Shown here: positions 43,461-61,764 of the stretch, one piece after another
Numbering within the stretch: the stretch's first letter is position 1
Layout of the letters: each line of letters begins with the position of its first letter
Assembly (NCBI RefSeq): GCF_009914755.1
Contig: NC_060926.1
Origin: the human T2T-CHM13v2.0 reference genome, Homo sapiens
Direction: 5' to 3' (one strand)
Length of the DNA stretch: 64,000 bases
Made by a program: the position numbers and the translations under genes
The notes under the pieces: model-generated
Seen by the model: only the letters and a program-made list of their open reading frames with translations
Databases searched by the model: none
Told to the model about the DNA's origin: nothing

Positions 43461-46400
43461 CTGAAATAAACACAAAGGAATCCTTGGACTTAATAATAAC
43501 AGATCAACTAGTAAGAATCTAATCACTATACATAAAGGCTTGCTGGAGTTGGATATAATCTCCTGTTTTATAATATCTGTAATTTTTATTATAACCTATT
43601 ATGTGAAATTCTAACTTTTCAAAACTTATTGAGCAGTATGTTTACTTGATCTAAGTTGTCTGAAATTTTGGAATTAAATATTTCAAAATCTATGATACAG
43701 ATGAATCTTTCAATAGATCAATATTCTATTCCAAGTTATGACAGAAAAATGTTTCTATGGTATCTGATTACCTTTGTAAATACACAGACTTTCAGGTTCT
43801 GATTGCTACCTGTTTTTAAGTGGCATGGCAAAACAAATCTTGTGAAGAGTGGGGCAAACTACTAGTGCTACTTTGGAAGAGACAGTACACAAATGGTCCC
43901 ATGAAGATAACCACCCCCCATATTCCTGCCTTTTGGCATATCACAGAACACAGAAGCCAGTAACACTGCTCTCATCCTGCTGCACCACCCTCTATCATTT
44001 TAAGGCTTCTGAAGAATAGCTCAAGGAGAATTCCAGTGAAGTGACCAATTTTTATTCTTCAAAATTTCTGCCCAAATGCCTGTCTCCTTCCATCCTGATG
44101 AACAGGGCTGAACACTGTGGAAGCAAAATTTGTTTCCTTTACATCACACTCTTGAGCTAGAAGGATATTCTTACTCCAGATTGCATCTATTCCTTTACTC
44201 TCTAGAATCAAAAGTACTGCTCTATAAATGATGGTGATACTGTATAAGTAACAAGACAATGAAGTCCTCAAAAGCCTCTAGGTCAAAATCCTCTCCTCTG
44301 CTACCCCCACTACACTCCTGCCTCCAAACTTCTGATTAAAAGCTGTAATCTTTTCACTCTTACTACTAAATATCTTCCCACTTGAACTCTGTACTGAGAA
44401 AGTCGAAAGAAAAGGTTAAATACTTTCTCCTTCTCTATGAGAAGATGACCTTGGGCCAGCTTACTTTCTCCTTGCACTGTTTTCCCAGAAATATACTGGG
44501 TAAACACAAACATGGTGTGAACCCATGAATTATGTTGAATAAAAAAAATTAAAGATAAATGTGGAATGTCAGTTGTGATATCAGGTAACACTGTTTATCA
44601 TAAAAATAACCCGATAGATGAATTATGTTTGCACCAGGTGGCCTATAAGTGGACTACAAATACTTGTTCAGAAGCAGATGATTTGGCTTTCCTGTGTGTA
44701 GTGCAACTCTCCTAACTGAGTATGGCCCTTGGAGGAACGCAGAAGCTAAGTTCATGGGGTGTTTCAAGCTACCGGTTTCTATGGACCATATGTCTTACCT
44801 AAGCTCAGGTGTTTCTATACTACCTCCATTGTCTCATTCCCTTACAACTAAGCTGTAACTTGATGAGTAAAACAAATATTCCCTGGATTTGTATAAAGAC
44901 TCCACTGATACTACCCTGCTAGAATGCCGTTTCCTGCCTTATATCCTCCCGCAAAAAGCTAAGGGAATCTGAAGCCAGGTTATGGATTGGTGGGTGCTCT
45001 GTATGTCAGTCTGAACTTGAGGCCACTGCTGGTAATTATGTAGAGTGAGCACTGCAGGAGAGAAAAGAGGGGTCTGCCATCTACTCAGACCAATGCAGAG
45101 TACTATTTCTTTGACTATAGATAGTGTCTGACTAACTAATATCAACAAATTTACTTGGCATTCTCCTACTCAGTGTTTCCCATCTCTGACCTCACCATAT
45201 ACCCTTCATTCCTTCTTGCTTTCATTCTTCAAAGCATCTTTGAAGAGTCTGGGCCAGTGGGGAAGTTTATCTGGACCATAGCCACTACTGTAATTGCTGC
45301 ATTTAACCAGGCTTAGCTTTCTTACCAGGAATAACACAAAAGTGTTTCAAGACCTTTAGAAAAACAGAACAGAACAGTGACCCTGAAAGAGCAGACAGAG
45401 TAGCTCAGCCCAGATAAGCAGAACTGGGGTGTCACCAGCAACCTTTTCTCCTAGGTAATGGTACCTGTCATAGCTTCTACTAAGCCCAGATGGGGGAGAA
45501 ATTAGGTATGTAAATTGGGAAGTTCTTTGGCTTTTTAAAAATCTATCCTATCCATGTTTCAAAAACAAGGGCATTGGTTATTAAAGGGCCATTTGTCTGG
45601 ACTGGCAGCACCAGTAAGGAGGGTAATGTCAAAGAAGGCTTAATCATGGGCTCCGTGGAGTCAGGGAAATTAGAGTAAACACCTTGGGTTCCATCACTTC
45701 AAGCTATGTGATCCTGGAGAAGTTACTTAATATTTTTAAACCTCTCTTTCCTCATCTGTGAAATTATTATTAAAAATATCTACCTCACAGATTGTTCTGA
45801 AGTTTAAATGAGTAATATAACCTAGATTGCTTGGCACAGTAGCTGATATATAATAAGTACTCAGTAAAGGACAGATGGTGGGGTTAACAACAATGATAAT
45901 GTACCCTTTTGCAGCACGCAAGTAGTCATCAACATTTTAAAAAAGAAGAAGAAAGCCCTTCACTGTCTTGTTCCCCATTTGGAAAAGGCTGCTTTACAAA
46001 ATCAAGATCAGAACTGATGAGAGTACAATAAACAAGAGCAAGATGATGACAGGAATTACAGGATGTGACAGGAAGATGTGGCAAACCTTACATGATGAGA
46101 CTTTTTAAAAAAATCTATGATCAGAAGAATGCCAACAATATCCTTTCACCACACAAGGTTCTTTTGTCCAGACTCTCCTGACTCTGAACAATGAGCACTA
46201 CCAATAAGAAAGAAGTAAAAGTTCATACCTGTTAACGTATCAATCTTCCAATGTTTGATAAGGCATAAAAGCAACCTCAATTTGAAGTGATAATAATAAT
46301 ATACATGTGTGTGCAGGGTTTCTTACTTTCTAGTCTCTCTTTGGCCTGGATGCATTCCTTCTTTCTTACTGCCTGGTAAATGCTAAAAATGACTAAACCT

Positions 46401-47425
46401 ATTTTTTTGGTTGCACTAAAAAAAATAATCTTGCAACTTTTTAGTAGCTCTAGTGAAAGGCTTGGAGGAAGCTGTGATAGGAACTATTACATAATGTATG
46501 TGCTTCAAAAACAACTTTTGAAAAGTTTAAAAAGACATGACAAAACATCAAGGCAATTCAAGATGAAGTTTCAGTACTCATTTGTTATGGCATTGGACTC
46601 CCTGGAAAATAAACATCATTAACTGCCAGCTGAAAAACACTCATCATTCTGGCATTTTTAATTTGATAAAAAATGAAAAGTTCCTACACTTGGAAAAACT
46701 TAAGGCAATTAAATTCAATTCATGGACTATTAATAACTAAAACCATTATGGTGAATATTCAAAGGATTAAAAACTGAGGAATGCTTTGGCAGCTGCTATA
46801 TGAACTTGGAAAACTCTAATGAGAAAGGAATGGCTGTGGACATTAGAAGCTCTATTTAACTCATCTCTAAATTGAAGTCTTGTGAACTACATGGTTTTTC
46901 AATAGACTGATTTTGCTGGGAACTTCACATGCTCAGAGTTTGAAAGCTGTTTGTTTTTAATTTAACAATTTAAATGAAACTCATGGGAATAAATAGCAAA
47001 TGAAATCTGCAAGATGACAGCATTTAAAACTTTCATCTTTAGACAATCAGCAGCTTTTGACTATTTCTTATTTACTTTTAAGAAATTCCACAGCATAAAA
47101 TAACAATCATGGGAGAAATTAAAGGTATTTAAGACTATTTTATCAAAAGGGAAAATTAAGTATGATTTTTAAAAGTTATCTAAGATGATGAAAGATTATA
47201 CCAAACATAGCTTGTCCTGGTTTTCTGGAGAGGACAGAAAAAGAAAACATGAGCCTTTTAGAATTTCCTATTCTAGATAACAGTTACTAATGTGGTAGGA
47301 TCAACTAATTAATCAAGCATTGAATGAGTATGGCACATCCAACTTCGTATGAAATCTAACCCTAGTTACAGAAATTTTATCTTCCTTCCATGACTCCAGA
47401 AGGTATTGGGTATATACCCTATTTA

Positions 47426-47758
<333 letters not shown>

Positions 47759-47943
47759 TTATGTAAACTCAGAACTCTTGTCTTTTAAAAACCACTCTTT
47801 AAAAATCAGTAAGCTATTCCATGATTACATCAAACCAGCCAAAAGATGAAATGCCATATGGTCTTTGTATAATAATGCAAAAATATTTTAAAAGTTTTTA
47901 AAAAGTTATTTGTATCCCCAGAGTAAACCTCAGAAGAAAATAC

Positions 47944-48098
47944 CTATATACAAAGTTCTTACTAATGAAGTCCATCTGTGCAACTGCAGCAACATGAATC
48001 TTTACTTCTTTCTTCCCTCCAACTTGGCTTAGGTAATCCACTGTCCATTTGCTTGTACATGGCCCCAAATCAATCCCTTCCAACACAAGAGGTTTTCT
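47944..48098 (-). CDS. TYW5: TYW5 exon 2
   Basis: CACTTACAG|AGA...TATAG|GTATTT; [18 protein letters not shown]...ISKNFVY; 155 nt. Confidence 0.95.
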
Positions 48099-48369
48099 CT
48101 GTAAGTGGGGAAAGAAATACAACAAAATTCATGAAAACCAACAACACATCAAGAGCTGTATTTGGCAACAGGGAGACAAAAACAAGTAAGATCTGACTCT
48201 TGCTCCCAAGATGCTTGAACTCAAAGCTTCTGACAGTTCATGCTGTCACTAAAACAAGAAGAGGGGCCATATGAAATATCTAGAACAAAATTTTAAGATT
48301 AGAAAAACAAAACAAAACTGCAAGACCATCAATATATAATGACTAAAATTTGTACTTTATAGTCAAATA

Positions 48370-49700
<1,331 letters not shown>

Positions 49701-50057
49701 CTCAGTGGACAGAGTTAGGATATATGTGAGGGTCTATGTATATCGCACAAATATATATACACGTACACCCCATATATGCATATACCTATTCTATTCAGCT
49801 CTCTCTCCATATATGTCCATATATATAATACATGCACACACACATATACCTAACAGGTGTACGTATGAACCATAAACATTTCAAGGTTCATTATAATCTA
49901 CTGAATTTGTAATTCCCATTTTCAGCAGTGGGAAACCTAGTTCCCATTATCCTCAATGTTTAATGACTTGCAAAATCCCAGAATTCACAAGAAGTAAAGA
50001 ATTCACAGAATTTGCTTTTGCCACTGTTAGGTCACACCACTGTAAAAAACATGTCTA

Positions 50058-50906
50058 CAACAGGTCCTCAAATAAAGTTATAACACAGATGAGAAAAAAA
50101 ATCAATTCCTAGCCAGGGCCCCCCTCCGAGTAGAGTTTTTGCATTCTCCTCACATCTCTGTGGGTCTTCCCCGGGTACTCTGGTTTCCTCCCACAACCCC
50201 AAGATGTGCACATTAGGTACACTGGCATGTCTAAATGGTCCCAGTATGAGTGAGTGCATGTGGGTCTGTGTGTGTGTATGTGTGTGTGTATGTGCACGTG
50301 CGCGTGCCCTGAGATGGGATGGTATCTTGTCCAGGATTGGTTCCTACCTTGTGCCCTGAGCTGCCAGGAGAGACTCTGGCCACCTGTGACCCTGAACTGA
50401 AATAAGCAGGTTGGAAAATGAAGAAAGGAGTGAATACAAAGTATGTAAAACAAAAATTTGTAAAGCATATGATAATCATACAAGTGCACAATAAACAAGG
50501 GGGTATGAAAGCAATCAGCAAACCTGTCACACTTGTTTTGAACTGTTCAGTGGTAGGAGGAGCTCCTTACAATTTTCCATTTGTAAACATTTATTCCTTG
50601 ATTTAACCCACCACTACTATGACCACTGTCACATAACAATTCACCAAAAATTGAGTAATTATTTACTTTTATTAATCCTTCTTAAATGTACATGTAGCTC
50701 ATGTTTATTTCAATGTTTAAGATTAGAAATGTTTTGGGTCTTTATTTACAAGTTTGGTGATATTTTTGTGACCAGAAATATGCCACTGGAACTTAACTCT
50801 TGTTTGTATCAATTAGCCTGTGGTAAAACTGGTTTCATTATAGGTCATTTCCCTTAAAGTTGCAGCTTCCAAGAACCTACTGAGAACGTTAAATGAGGAC
50901 TTACTG
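50058..50906 (+). mobile_element. Near full-length MER6 (TcMar-Tigger) DNA transposon
   Basis: CAACAGGTCCTC start, internal GGGTACTCTGGTTTCCTCCCACA...GACCCTGAACTG, ATGAGGACTTACTG end; TA TSDs on both sides. Confidence 0.8.
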
Positions 50907-51360
50907 TACTAACTAGAATTCAGTTTGTTTTCAGTTTTTTGTGTCTTAGATTGAGGACATATAATTAAAGTATTGTGTTTAAAAAAAGTGACTTGGGTAA
51001 CTTCTCCCTCTCCCACTTAAACAGATTCATGTGTTACTTTTTATATTCTATATTAGGGTCTTTTAAAAAATAATTTTTCATCCTTGTTGATTTTATTATT
51101 ATGACTTTAGAATGTAAAACATCCATGTGATTCCCCAAATCAAAACTATACAAAAGTCACCCCATCCACATTCTTCCATTTCATACTCACACATCCCCTA
51201 TGCATAACTGATCTCATTAATTTTTGGCTTATTCCTTTCTTTTTTGCAAAGTGATCAAAAACATATATTTCATTATCTCTTCCCTTTGTTTTTTAAATAA
51301 ATAGTAGCTTACCATATATTTTCTTCTGTTGTGTGCTTTTTAAAAAATTCATAAATATAT

Positions 51361-51677
<317 letters not shown>

Positions 51678-52628
51678 TCACCACTTATCAGTTCAGATAT
51701 CGCCTTTATTCTTTTTTACATCTTAGTATACCTCAGTGTAAATGGGCCATAATTTATTCAATTATTCTCGCCTGCATAAGCATTTAGGTTATTTCCAATA
51801 ATTTGCAAGTACAGTAACACTACGTAAATATTTACACATTTTTGGAGGTATATCTCCAGAATAAATTCCTAAATGAGGAATTACTGGGTCATAAAGTGAA
51901 CATAGTTAGATATGCCAACAGAGTTGTACCATTTGGTATAAAATTTGAGTATGCCAGTTTCTTCAGGGCATCACCAAGAGAGTATTACCAGAGCTTTTTA
52001 AATTTTTGCCAATATGATATATAAGAAGTTGTATCTCAGTGTAGCTTTATTTCTCTTATGAGTAAACTTAAACTTCCTAGTTTAAAGGCCATTTTAATGT
52101 TTTTTCCCCCCTCAATCGTTTGCTCATTTTTCTACCAGATTTTCAGCCTTTTACCCCCTTTTGAAAGTTCTTTCCATACAAGGGCTTTTACTGTCCTTTA
52201 TATGAGATAAATGTTGCAAATATTTTCTCCCACTTTGTATTTGTCTTTCAAATTTGCTTACAGTGTTTCTGGCATACAAATGTTTCATGCAGTCAAATTT
52301 TAATCTAATATTACACCTGAATTTTGAGTCATAGCTAGAAATGCCTTCCATAGACCTAGATTATAGGGGAATTTACCCATATTTTCTACTAGCACTTGTG
52401 TAGCTTCATTTTGTTTTGTATTGCCGAGTGTACTCACAACTTGTGTAGTTTCATTTCTTTACATTTTTCTGATCCACTTGGAGTTTATTCTTGTGTACAG
52501 TGTGAGATATAAACCGAATTTTATCATTTTCTAAGTGAAACTCCTCTGTATAATACCATAATGGTGGATTCATTTCATTATAAATTTTCCCAAACCCATA
52601 GAATGTACAATATCAATAGTATACCCTA

Positions 52629-52968
<340 letters not shown>

Positions 52969-53734
52969 ATGATGTGCCAATGTAGGTTTATCAATTGTAA
53001 CAAATATACCACTCTAATGAGGGGATGTTGATCATGGAGGAGGCTATCCATGTGTCAGGGCAGAAAGGACATGAGAAATCTCTGTACCTTTGGTCAATTG
53101 TGCTGTGAACCTATAAAGCCTCGAAAAAACAGTCTGTTTTTTAAAAAGTCATTTTGTGCCCTATTGATTTTTGAAATGTCATGCTTATTATACACTAAAT
53201 TTCCATAGGAATAGGTATTTCTGCACTTTCTATTCTATTCCCTTGGTCTATCTATTCATGTACCTGTACAATATACAGTGTTAATTATGGAGTTATTAGA
53301 AAATGTTTAACAAAAAACTCATAGCACTATGCCCCCTCATACTTTTTAGTGTTTCCAGATAGAAAGGTCTTTTTTTCCAATTTTGTTATTAATTTCTAGT
53401 TTTACTGCCCATGGCCAGAGAAAGTTGTTTGTAATTTTCGACTTTTTAAAATGTAATGATGCTTTGTGCTGTATGTCTTGTCTGAAGAGATTAAATTACA
53501 AAATACCTTTTGCTATGACTCTTACAAAGCACTTCCACATACCCTAATCTTCACAACACTGCCCTTTAGGCAACTTACGTCTAGCACATTCTGAGATAGG
53601 GGGTGTCTAAGGACAGGGAGAGCAAGAACAACCCATCTAGTACAAGTCTCCAAACTAATAAAGGCTTGAATCCTCTCCCGTAGGTTGCTATCAAAAGAAA
53701 AACTTCATTCCTCCCGCATCCCCCCAACCCCGCC

Positions 53735-54395
<661 letters not shown>

Positions 54396-55017
54396 TAAGA
54401 AAATTGCTGGGTATTTTTCCTACCATAAACTGACTTACTGTAATCCTGTGGATTTTTCCTTTTAATACCTTGTTTTTCTTAGGTCTGGACTCCCTTGAAA
54501 AGCACTGCAAGTAAAAGCACTTTTTGTTTCCCTAATATTTCTCTATGAGTTTTCTTTTAAAGACCTAAGGTTCTAACTACAGGTATAAAAGACTCCAATG
54601 TCGGAACTAGAACCTAAGTAAGTTAGAATTCAAGACGAGTAGGAGTTTTCCGGGGGAATTCCATTGCTTTCCTTTTTGGCTCAGTGGAGTGAAAAATTGT
54701 GCCTTCAAATCCATTAATTCGGAGCAGACTGACAGATGCGGAGTAAAGAGTTTAGGCAAAATACCTCTCGCACTCAGCTCTCCGCCATCATCTTGCTCCC
54801 CAGAAACATGGGACTTTCTCCGGAAATTTCAATAGAGGAGCCAGTCGGCGTCCCCCGTGCACCTTTCCCTTGGTCTAAGGGCCAACCAGTGATCTGCTGC
54901 CGTCCTGCGCCTCTTTCCCACACCCTGGGTCTCTAAAAACCAGTTCCCAGCTGTCCGAAAGGTAAAGACGTGTCTCTCGCTGGTTTCTCGAGGTTCTGCC
55001 CCGCGCGAGGGCCTCAC

Positions 55018-55095
55018 CTGTGGGTAGAGGTGCTGCATGAACTGCTCCCGAGAAACGCCCTCCAGCCGGGGTACCGGGAGGTGCTGCCCGGCCAT
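55018..55095 (-). CDS. TYW5: TYW5 coding exon 1
   Basis: Strong Kozak ACCATGG; MAGQHLPVPRLEGVSREQFMQHLYPQ then CAG|GTGAGG. The eight exons sum to 948 nt = 315 aa plus stop. Confidence 0.95.
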
Positions 55096-55423
55096 GGTTG
55101 CTCACGCCTGCCCTCTTCCAGGTCTTCGGAACTTCGGCTCTAAAGCGTTCCTCAGCGCCATCCGCCCGGAAACACGAGCGACAGAGAAAAGGTCCGCGAG
55201 GCCGGCAGACTCCAGAGTGGCTGGGTCCGAGCGCGGGGCGGGTTGCCGAAGGGCCTCGGCCTGGGCTGCGTGCTGGAGAGCGGGGACGGGGCCGACTCAC
55301 CAGAGGCTGCAGCAACAGGTCCACTTTGCTCTCCAGTCTCTTTCTCCGACACCGCTGAGGCGGTTTCCCACCGACTTCCTTTCCATACAGCACCGGCAGG
55401 CACCGGGGTGAAGGGTCATAAAA
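55096..55423. promoter_or_regulatory. Bidirectional CpG-island promoter and 5'UTRs shared by TYW5 and MAIP1
   Basis: 328 bp between divergent ATGs; CpG-dense ~54780-55870; ETS-like CCGGAAA (~55166) and ACTTCC (~55374); YY1-like AAAATGGCG over the MAIP1 ATG. Confidence 0.9.
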
Positions 55424-55873
55424 ATGGCGCTGGCCGCTCGTTTGCTACCCCAGTTCCTGCACTCTCGGTCGCTGCCCTGCGGGGCCGTCCGACTCCGGAC
55501 TCCTGCTGTGGCCGAGGTGAGGCTGCCGTCGGCCACACTTTGCTACTTCTGCCGCTGTCGCCTCGGCTTGGGAGCGGCGTTATTTCCACGAAGCGCTAGG
55601 GCCTTGGCAGCCTCGGCGCTACCTGCCCAGGGCTCCCGGTGGCCAGTGCTCAGCAGCCCGGGACTCCCCGCAGCCTTCGCTTCTTTCCCTGCCTGCCCTC
55701 AGCGCAGCTACAGCACGGAGGAGAAGCCCCAGCAGCACCAGAAAACCAAGATGATCGTCCTGGGATTCTCCAACCCCATCAACTGGGTTAGGACTCGAAT
55801 TAAGGCCTTCCTTATCTGGGCCTATTTCGACAAAGAGTTCAGCATCACAGAGTTCTCCGAGGGAGCGAAGCAG
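55424..55873 (+). CDS. MAIP1: MAIP1 (C2orf47; m-AAA protease-interacting protein 1) exon 1, aa 1-150
   Basis: Arg/Ala/Leu-rich mitochondrial presequence MALAARLLPQFLHSRSL...; ends GAKQ at CAG|GTTTGT; 450 nt. Confidence 0.95.
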
Positions 55874-56039
55874 GTTTGTTTATTTCCCTGATTGACCTAT
55901 CCGTCTCTAATGAGTTCAACTATTGCTCGCAGAAGTGCTTAGCAGTGAGTTTTCTTCACTGGGATACAAGTGATCAAACGTGATTAGTGGCCCAGACATA
56001 GAGCCTTCCAGCCATTGCTTGACTTAAAGTAAGCTTCTG

Positions 56040-57092
<1,053 letters not shown>

Positions 57093-57739
57093 TTAAAACC
57101 ATGCTATTGGTGTAATCATTTTACAGTATTGGTTGTATACTGGTATTGATATTTTACTCCAAATTTATTTCAGATTCTTTCCATAATCATGGCCATTTGT
57201 ATTTATAAGACCAATCAGTTGTAAATCAAATGTTTTCAACTTTGTTTAATAAGTGTCAGTATTAACTCCTGCTGCCTGCTTCTCTGAGTCAACTCTTGAC
57301 TACTATATATATTTATATAAAAAAAGTCAAAGAACAAACTTGATTAAGATGCTTAACTCAGCATTATAATTGATAAACCTCTGCTCTTGTCAGTTCTCAA
57401 AGTCTTTTGTCCATGCAGTGGTAAGTTGTATTGATCCTACTGTTCTGTACAATGCCCACTGATGATATATGAGCTTGTCCACCTCATAACACATATGATG
57501 GTACCAGTTCATTTATGTTTCAGTAAGGAATGGAAATCATCTCCCCACCATGGGCAGGCATCAGGCCTCAGTACTTGTTTCCTCTGAACACACAGAGGAG
57601 CATGCAGCATTTTTGGGGTCACTCCAGTCCTAGTGGTCCTCCAGCTGTTAGCTATTTTCACCTCCTTCCTTGCTATTAAGCAGTATTTCCACCCCATTCA
57701 TCAGCCAGCCTGTAAGCATTGTTGCTTATATAAAGCAAA

Positions 57740-58055
57740 CAACCTGAATTTCAGTATCAAGGTGTCGGAGGGGTTGTTTTCTCCTGAGGCCTCTCTCAGC
57801 TTACAGATGGCCGTCTTCTTGCTGTGTCCTTGCATGGTCCTCCCTGTGCATGCGTGCTCCTGGTGGCTCTTACTCCACATTTGCTCCTCTTATAAGGATG
57901 CCAGTCAGATTGGATTTTGGCCCACCCTGATGGTCTCATTTAACTTAATCATCTCTTTAAGGCTTTATCTCCAAATATAGTCACATTTCAAGGTTCTGGG
58001 GGTTAGAGCTTCAGCATAAATTTTCGGGGAAGGAGAGCACAATTCATCCTATAAC
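57740..58055 (-). mobile_element. MLT1A-type LTR fragment
   Basis: TCTCCTGAGGCCTCTCTC...GATGGCCGTCTTC...TCTTATAAGGA...CTCCAAATATAGTCACATT...CTATAACA. Confidence 0.7.
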
Positions 58056-58894
58056 AGTTAGGCAGTATTCTCTGACATGCCATATCTGACATGCCTGTGC
58101 ATCCTCTGGCAGCCTAGATTTCAGCTTAGATGTTTCTTCCTTTAGGAAGCCCTCTCTGATCCTCCCAGATTGGGTTAGAAGGCTATTCTGTATGCTCCCA
58201 AGTCATCCTGTTCTTATCCCTGTCAAAATTCTTCAACTTGTCAGTTTACTTGTCCTTTTCCCAAGTAGACTGAAAGTTCCCTGAAGACAGGTAGGATCTT
58301 AACTCACAGTTTGCTTTCTCATTGCTAGCAGTGAGGAGAATTGCAGTTGGGTTTTTCCCTCCTTGAAAATGGAATTTAATACTTCAAAGTTAGGATCTAC
58401 TGTTTTAGACCACATAAACTAATGACCTTCTCTCCCACTTTCCCAAACCTACATTATCTCCCATACTGAGATTCAGACTACAGCCCAGATTTCCAGACTC
58501 CCAATGCAGTCTCGACTGTTCTCCTTTCCAACTGCTATCTATGCATGATTAAGAGGTAGGTCATATAACTGCCAAATGATTGTTTACTTCATCATTTTAA
58601 AAAGAAATATAAAGGAGGATTTTTATTGAGACATCTAGATTGTACACCACACACTATCATTTCCCGGTCCTGAGAGTGGATCCAGAATTAAAGGTCAAGT
58701 CACTTACTGCTATATATGTGGGAAGGCCATATATGAAAAGTCAACCAAGAGTCATGCCTTGATAAATTAATATTTGATGTTGTTTATCACTATTACCATA
58801 AAATAGTCTGTATTACACTTAGCCATTTAAATATGAACATGGTATGGTATTTTGAAATAATAATCCCCACACTTCCCTTAATATTTTTTTCAAG

Positions 58895-58966
58895 GCTTTT
58901 GCTCATGTATCCAAGTTGCTGTCACAGTGTAAATTTGATCTGTTGGAAGAACTTGTGGCCAAAGAG
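58895..58966 (+). CDS. MAIP1: MAIP1 exon 2
   Basis: TTTTCAAG|GCT...GAG|GTAAAG; AFAHVSKLLSQCKFDLLEELVAKE; 72 nt. Confidence 0.93.
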
Positions 58967-59380
58967 GTAAAGTATATTTTACATTTTGCTTTAAAAATAA
59001 ATGCTATTCTCTTGCAATAGAATGATGCACATTTTCCTTATTTATGCTTAAAAATAGTGTGTGTGCCAGCATCCAAAGTAGAGTCTGTGTATCTGTTCTT
59101 ATGGGTACTTTGGGTCATATAAAAGCATGGAATAACTCCTGCCACTTAAGGCATAATGAAGTAATCATGATGTCTTCCAATTGCTCTTATATGGAATGTT
59201 CTGTTAGGAATTACCTACTTGAATAATGAGATACATTTCAGCCTTGCTTTTGAGGATGAGTAAATACGGTAGTAAATTTAAAAATAGGTTTGGAAAAATG
59301 TATTCCATGATAAAGATCACTTTTTGAAAGTTTTCAAAAATTGTATCAGTGAACTAATGGCTTGCTTTTTTCAAACTTAG

Positions 59381-59507
59381 GTGCTACATGCATTGAAAGA
59401 AAAGGTTACTTCACTACCTGACAACCATAAAAATGCCCTTGCTGCTAACATAGATGAAATTGTATTTACATCAACAGGAGACATCTCCATTTACTATGAT
59501 GAGAAAG
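59381..59507 (+). CDS. MAIP1: MAIP1 exon 3
   Basis: ACTTAG|GTG...AAAG|GTAATA; VLHALKEKVTSLPDNHK...IYYDEK; 127 nt. Confidence 0.93.
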
Positions 59508-60077
59508 GTAATACCAGAGCATAGTCAACTTGAAATGATCCATAATTGTCCAGATAAGCTAAACTAGTGGATAATCACAAAATAGTAGAGTTTTGTCAGG
59601 ACAAGTATTTATAGAACTTCAAAGAAAATGTTATATCCATTCTTTAAAGACCTACTTCTGAAAGAGTTGAGATATGGTCATCATTTCTTAAGCCTTTCTA
59701 TCTAGAACTTTTTTCTGCTACTATTTTATTCACAGTAGAGAACATCATCACTTACATTGATGAAAATAGTTTGAGTGGCTCCCACGTCTCAAATAGAAAA
59801 TATTTATGTTTCAGATTTCCTAACTTGAAGGAAACAATTGAGTATTTTAAAGCTGCACTTTATATGGAAGGAATGAGGGGTAAAAGAAAATCAAATTAGA
59901 TATTGTCAGCTAAAGACAATTTGAAAAGGTTAACTGCAGAACTCCCAAATTGGATCTATTTGAGAATAATGAAAAAAGTTGGTAGGAAATTTAGTGGTTA
60001 TCTGGTTCTTCTTGTCTGAGGCATACATTTTCCCTATAGCATTCCTGATAATTCACTGTTTGTTCCTGATACATACA

Positions 60078-60409
60078 AAGTTGGCCCTCTGTATCTGGGG
60101 GTTTCGCATCCACAGATTTAACCAATCTAGGGTAAAAAATATTTAAAAAAAATAGTTGCATCTGTACTTGAACATGTGCAGTTTTTTTCTTGTCATTATT
60201 CCTCAATAATACAGTATAACAACTATTTACATTAGCATTTACATTGTGTTAGGTATTATAAATAATCTAGAGATGATTTAAAGTATACTGGAGGATGTGT
60301 GTTATGCAAATACTACACCATTTTATATAAAGGACTTGAGCATCTGTGGATTTTGGTATCCACAGGGGGGTCCTGGAACCAATCCTCCGTGGATTTTGAG
60401 GGATGACTC
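60078..60409 (-). mobile_element. MER2 (TcMar-Tigger) element
   Basis: GTTGGCCCTCTGTATC...AAGGACTTGAGCATCTGTGGATTTTGGTATCC...GGTCCTGGAACCAATCC...GAGGGATGACT. Confidence 0.85.
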
Positions 60410-60807
60410 TATTTGCATATGTATTATGTGCCAGCCACACAGGAAATGGAGCCTCTGCTTATACACTTCCCAAGATGGAAGAAAAAGACTCTTAGTGATG
60501 ATAAAATTTTTCATGCACACATTATTTTGAAATATTTGTAAAGATATTTTTAGTGATAAATATTTTCCGCTTCCCTAATATTTCAAATTGCATCTCAGCA
60601 CCATGGTCACTAACTAATTTTTGCATCAGGAGTTTGTCAGAATCACCAGGCACAGTAAGGTGAATTGGGTAGAATAGGAAGCCTTTACTCTTTCTGGCAG
60701 TTGAAGTTAAGATAGTTACTGAGCAGCAAAAAATATTTTTTTTCTCCTCATTTTTGGTTTGACAACAGGTATCTGTCAGGAGATTATTATAATCTTAGAA
60801 AATGCCT

Positions 60808-61147
<340 letters not shown>

Positions 61148-61407
61148 TTAGTAAAGTACGTGCTCAGTTAAGTAGTAGTTTTATTACTGAGATACAGAGA
61201 AGAGGGCAAGTATGCCATAAACCCTAAGACAATTTTCTAAAAATAAAATAGTATCAATACAAGTATTTTAAGTCACATCAGAATAAGCACAAAATTTGAC
61301 CTGTAACAACTGTATAACTGCTGCCAATTTCTGATTTCATTTTGTTTATATGGATGATAGATTATTTTGATTTGTATTCGTATGTGTGTATATGTTTTTT
61401 CTCTAAG

Positions 61408-61555
61408 GAAGGAAGTTTGTTAACATCCTGATGTGCTTTTGGTATCTAACCAGTGCCAACATCCCCAGTGAAACTTTAAGAGGAGCCAGTGTATTCCAGG
61501 TTAAGTTGGGGAATCAGAATGTGGAAACTAAACAACTTCTTAGTGCAAGCTATGA
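61408..61555 (+). CDS. MAIP1: MAIP1 exon 4
   Basis: CTCTAAG|GA...TATGA|GTAAG; (G)RKFVNILMCFWYLTS...LLSASY; 148 nt. Confidence 0.93.
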
Positions 61556-61764
61556 GTAAGTTTAATCAGATTTCATTGTTTCCTTTCTTCAGAAAATGGA
61601 AGGTAGTGTGAAGGTATGAAAACTAAGAGATCTTTAGGAAGAAAAGAATTGAAATTTGACAAGTTATTTATGAAGAGAAAAGGTCAGAAAGACACACTGG
61701 ATATGAAACAGGAGAGTTAAGAAATTAGAAAGAGGTAAAGTTGCTGAATTTAATTAAATGATGT

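Noticed and set aside
43800-47150. Long non-Alu stretch of TYW5 intron 2 that faintly suggests a decayed retroelement pol or transposase (e.g. ORF 44939-45148)
   Set aside because: No convincing catalytic motif or terminal repeat by eye; needs a Dfam/tblastn search to support.
54875-55599. Overlapping 79-172-aa ORFs at the TYW5/MAIP1 promoter
   Set aside because: Expected in a CpG island; low-complexity Arg/Pro/Gly translations, mostly without good ATG starts.
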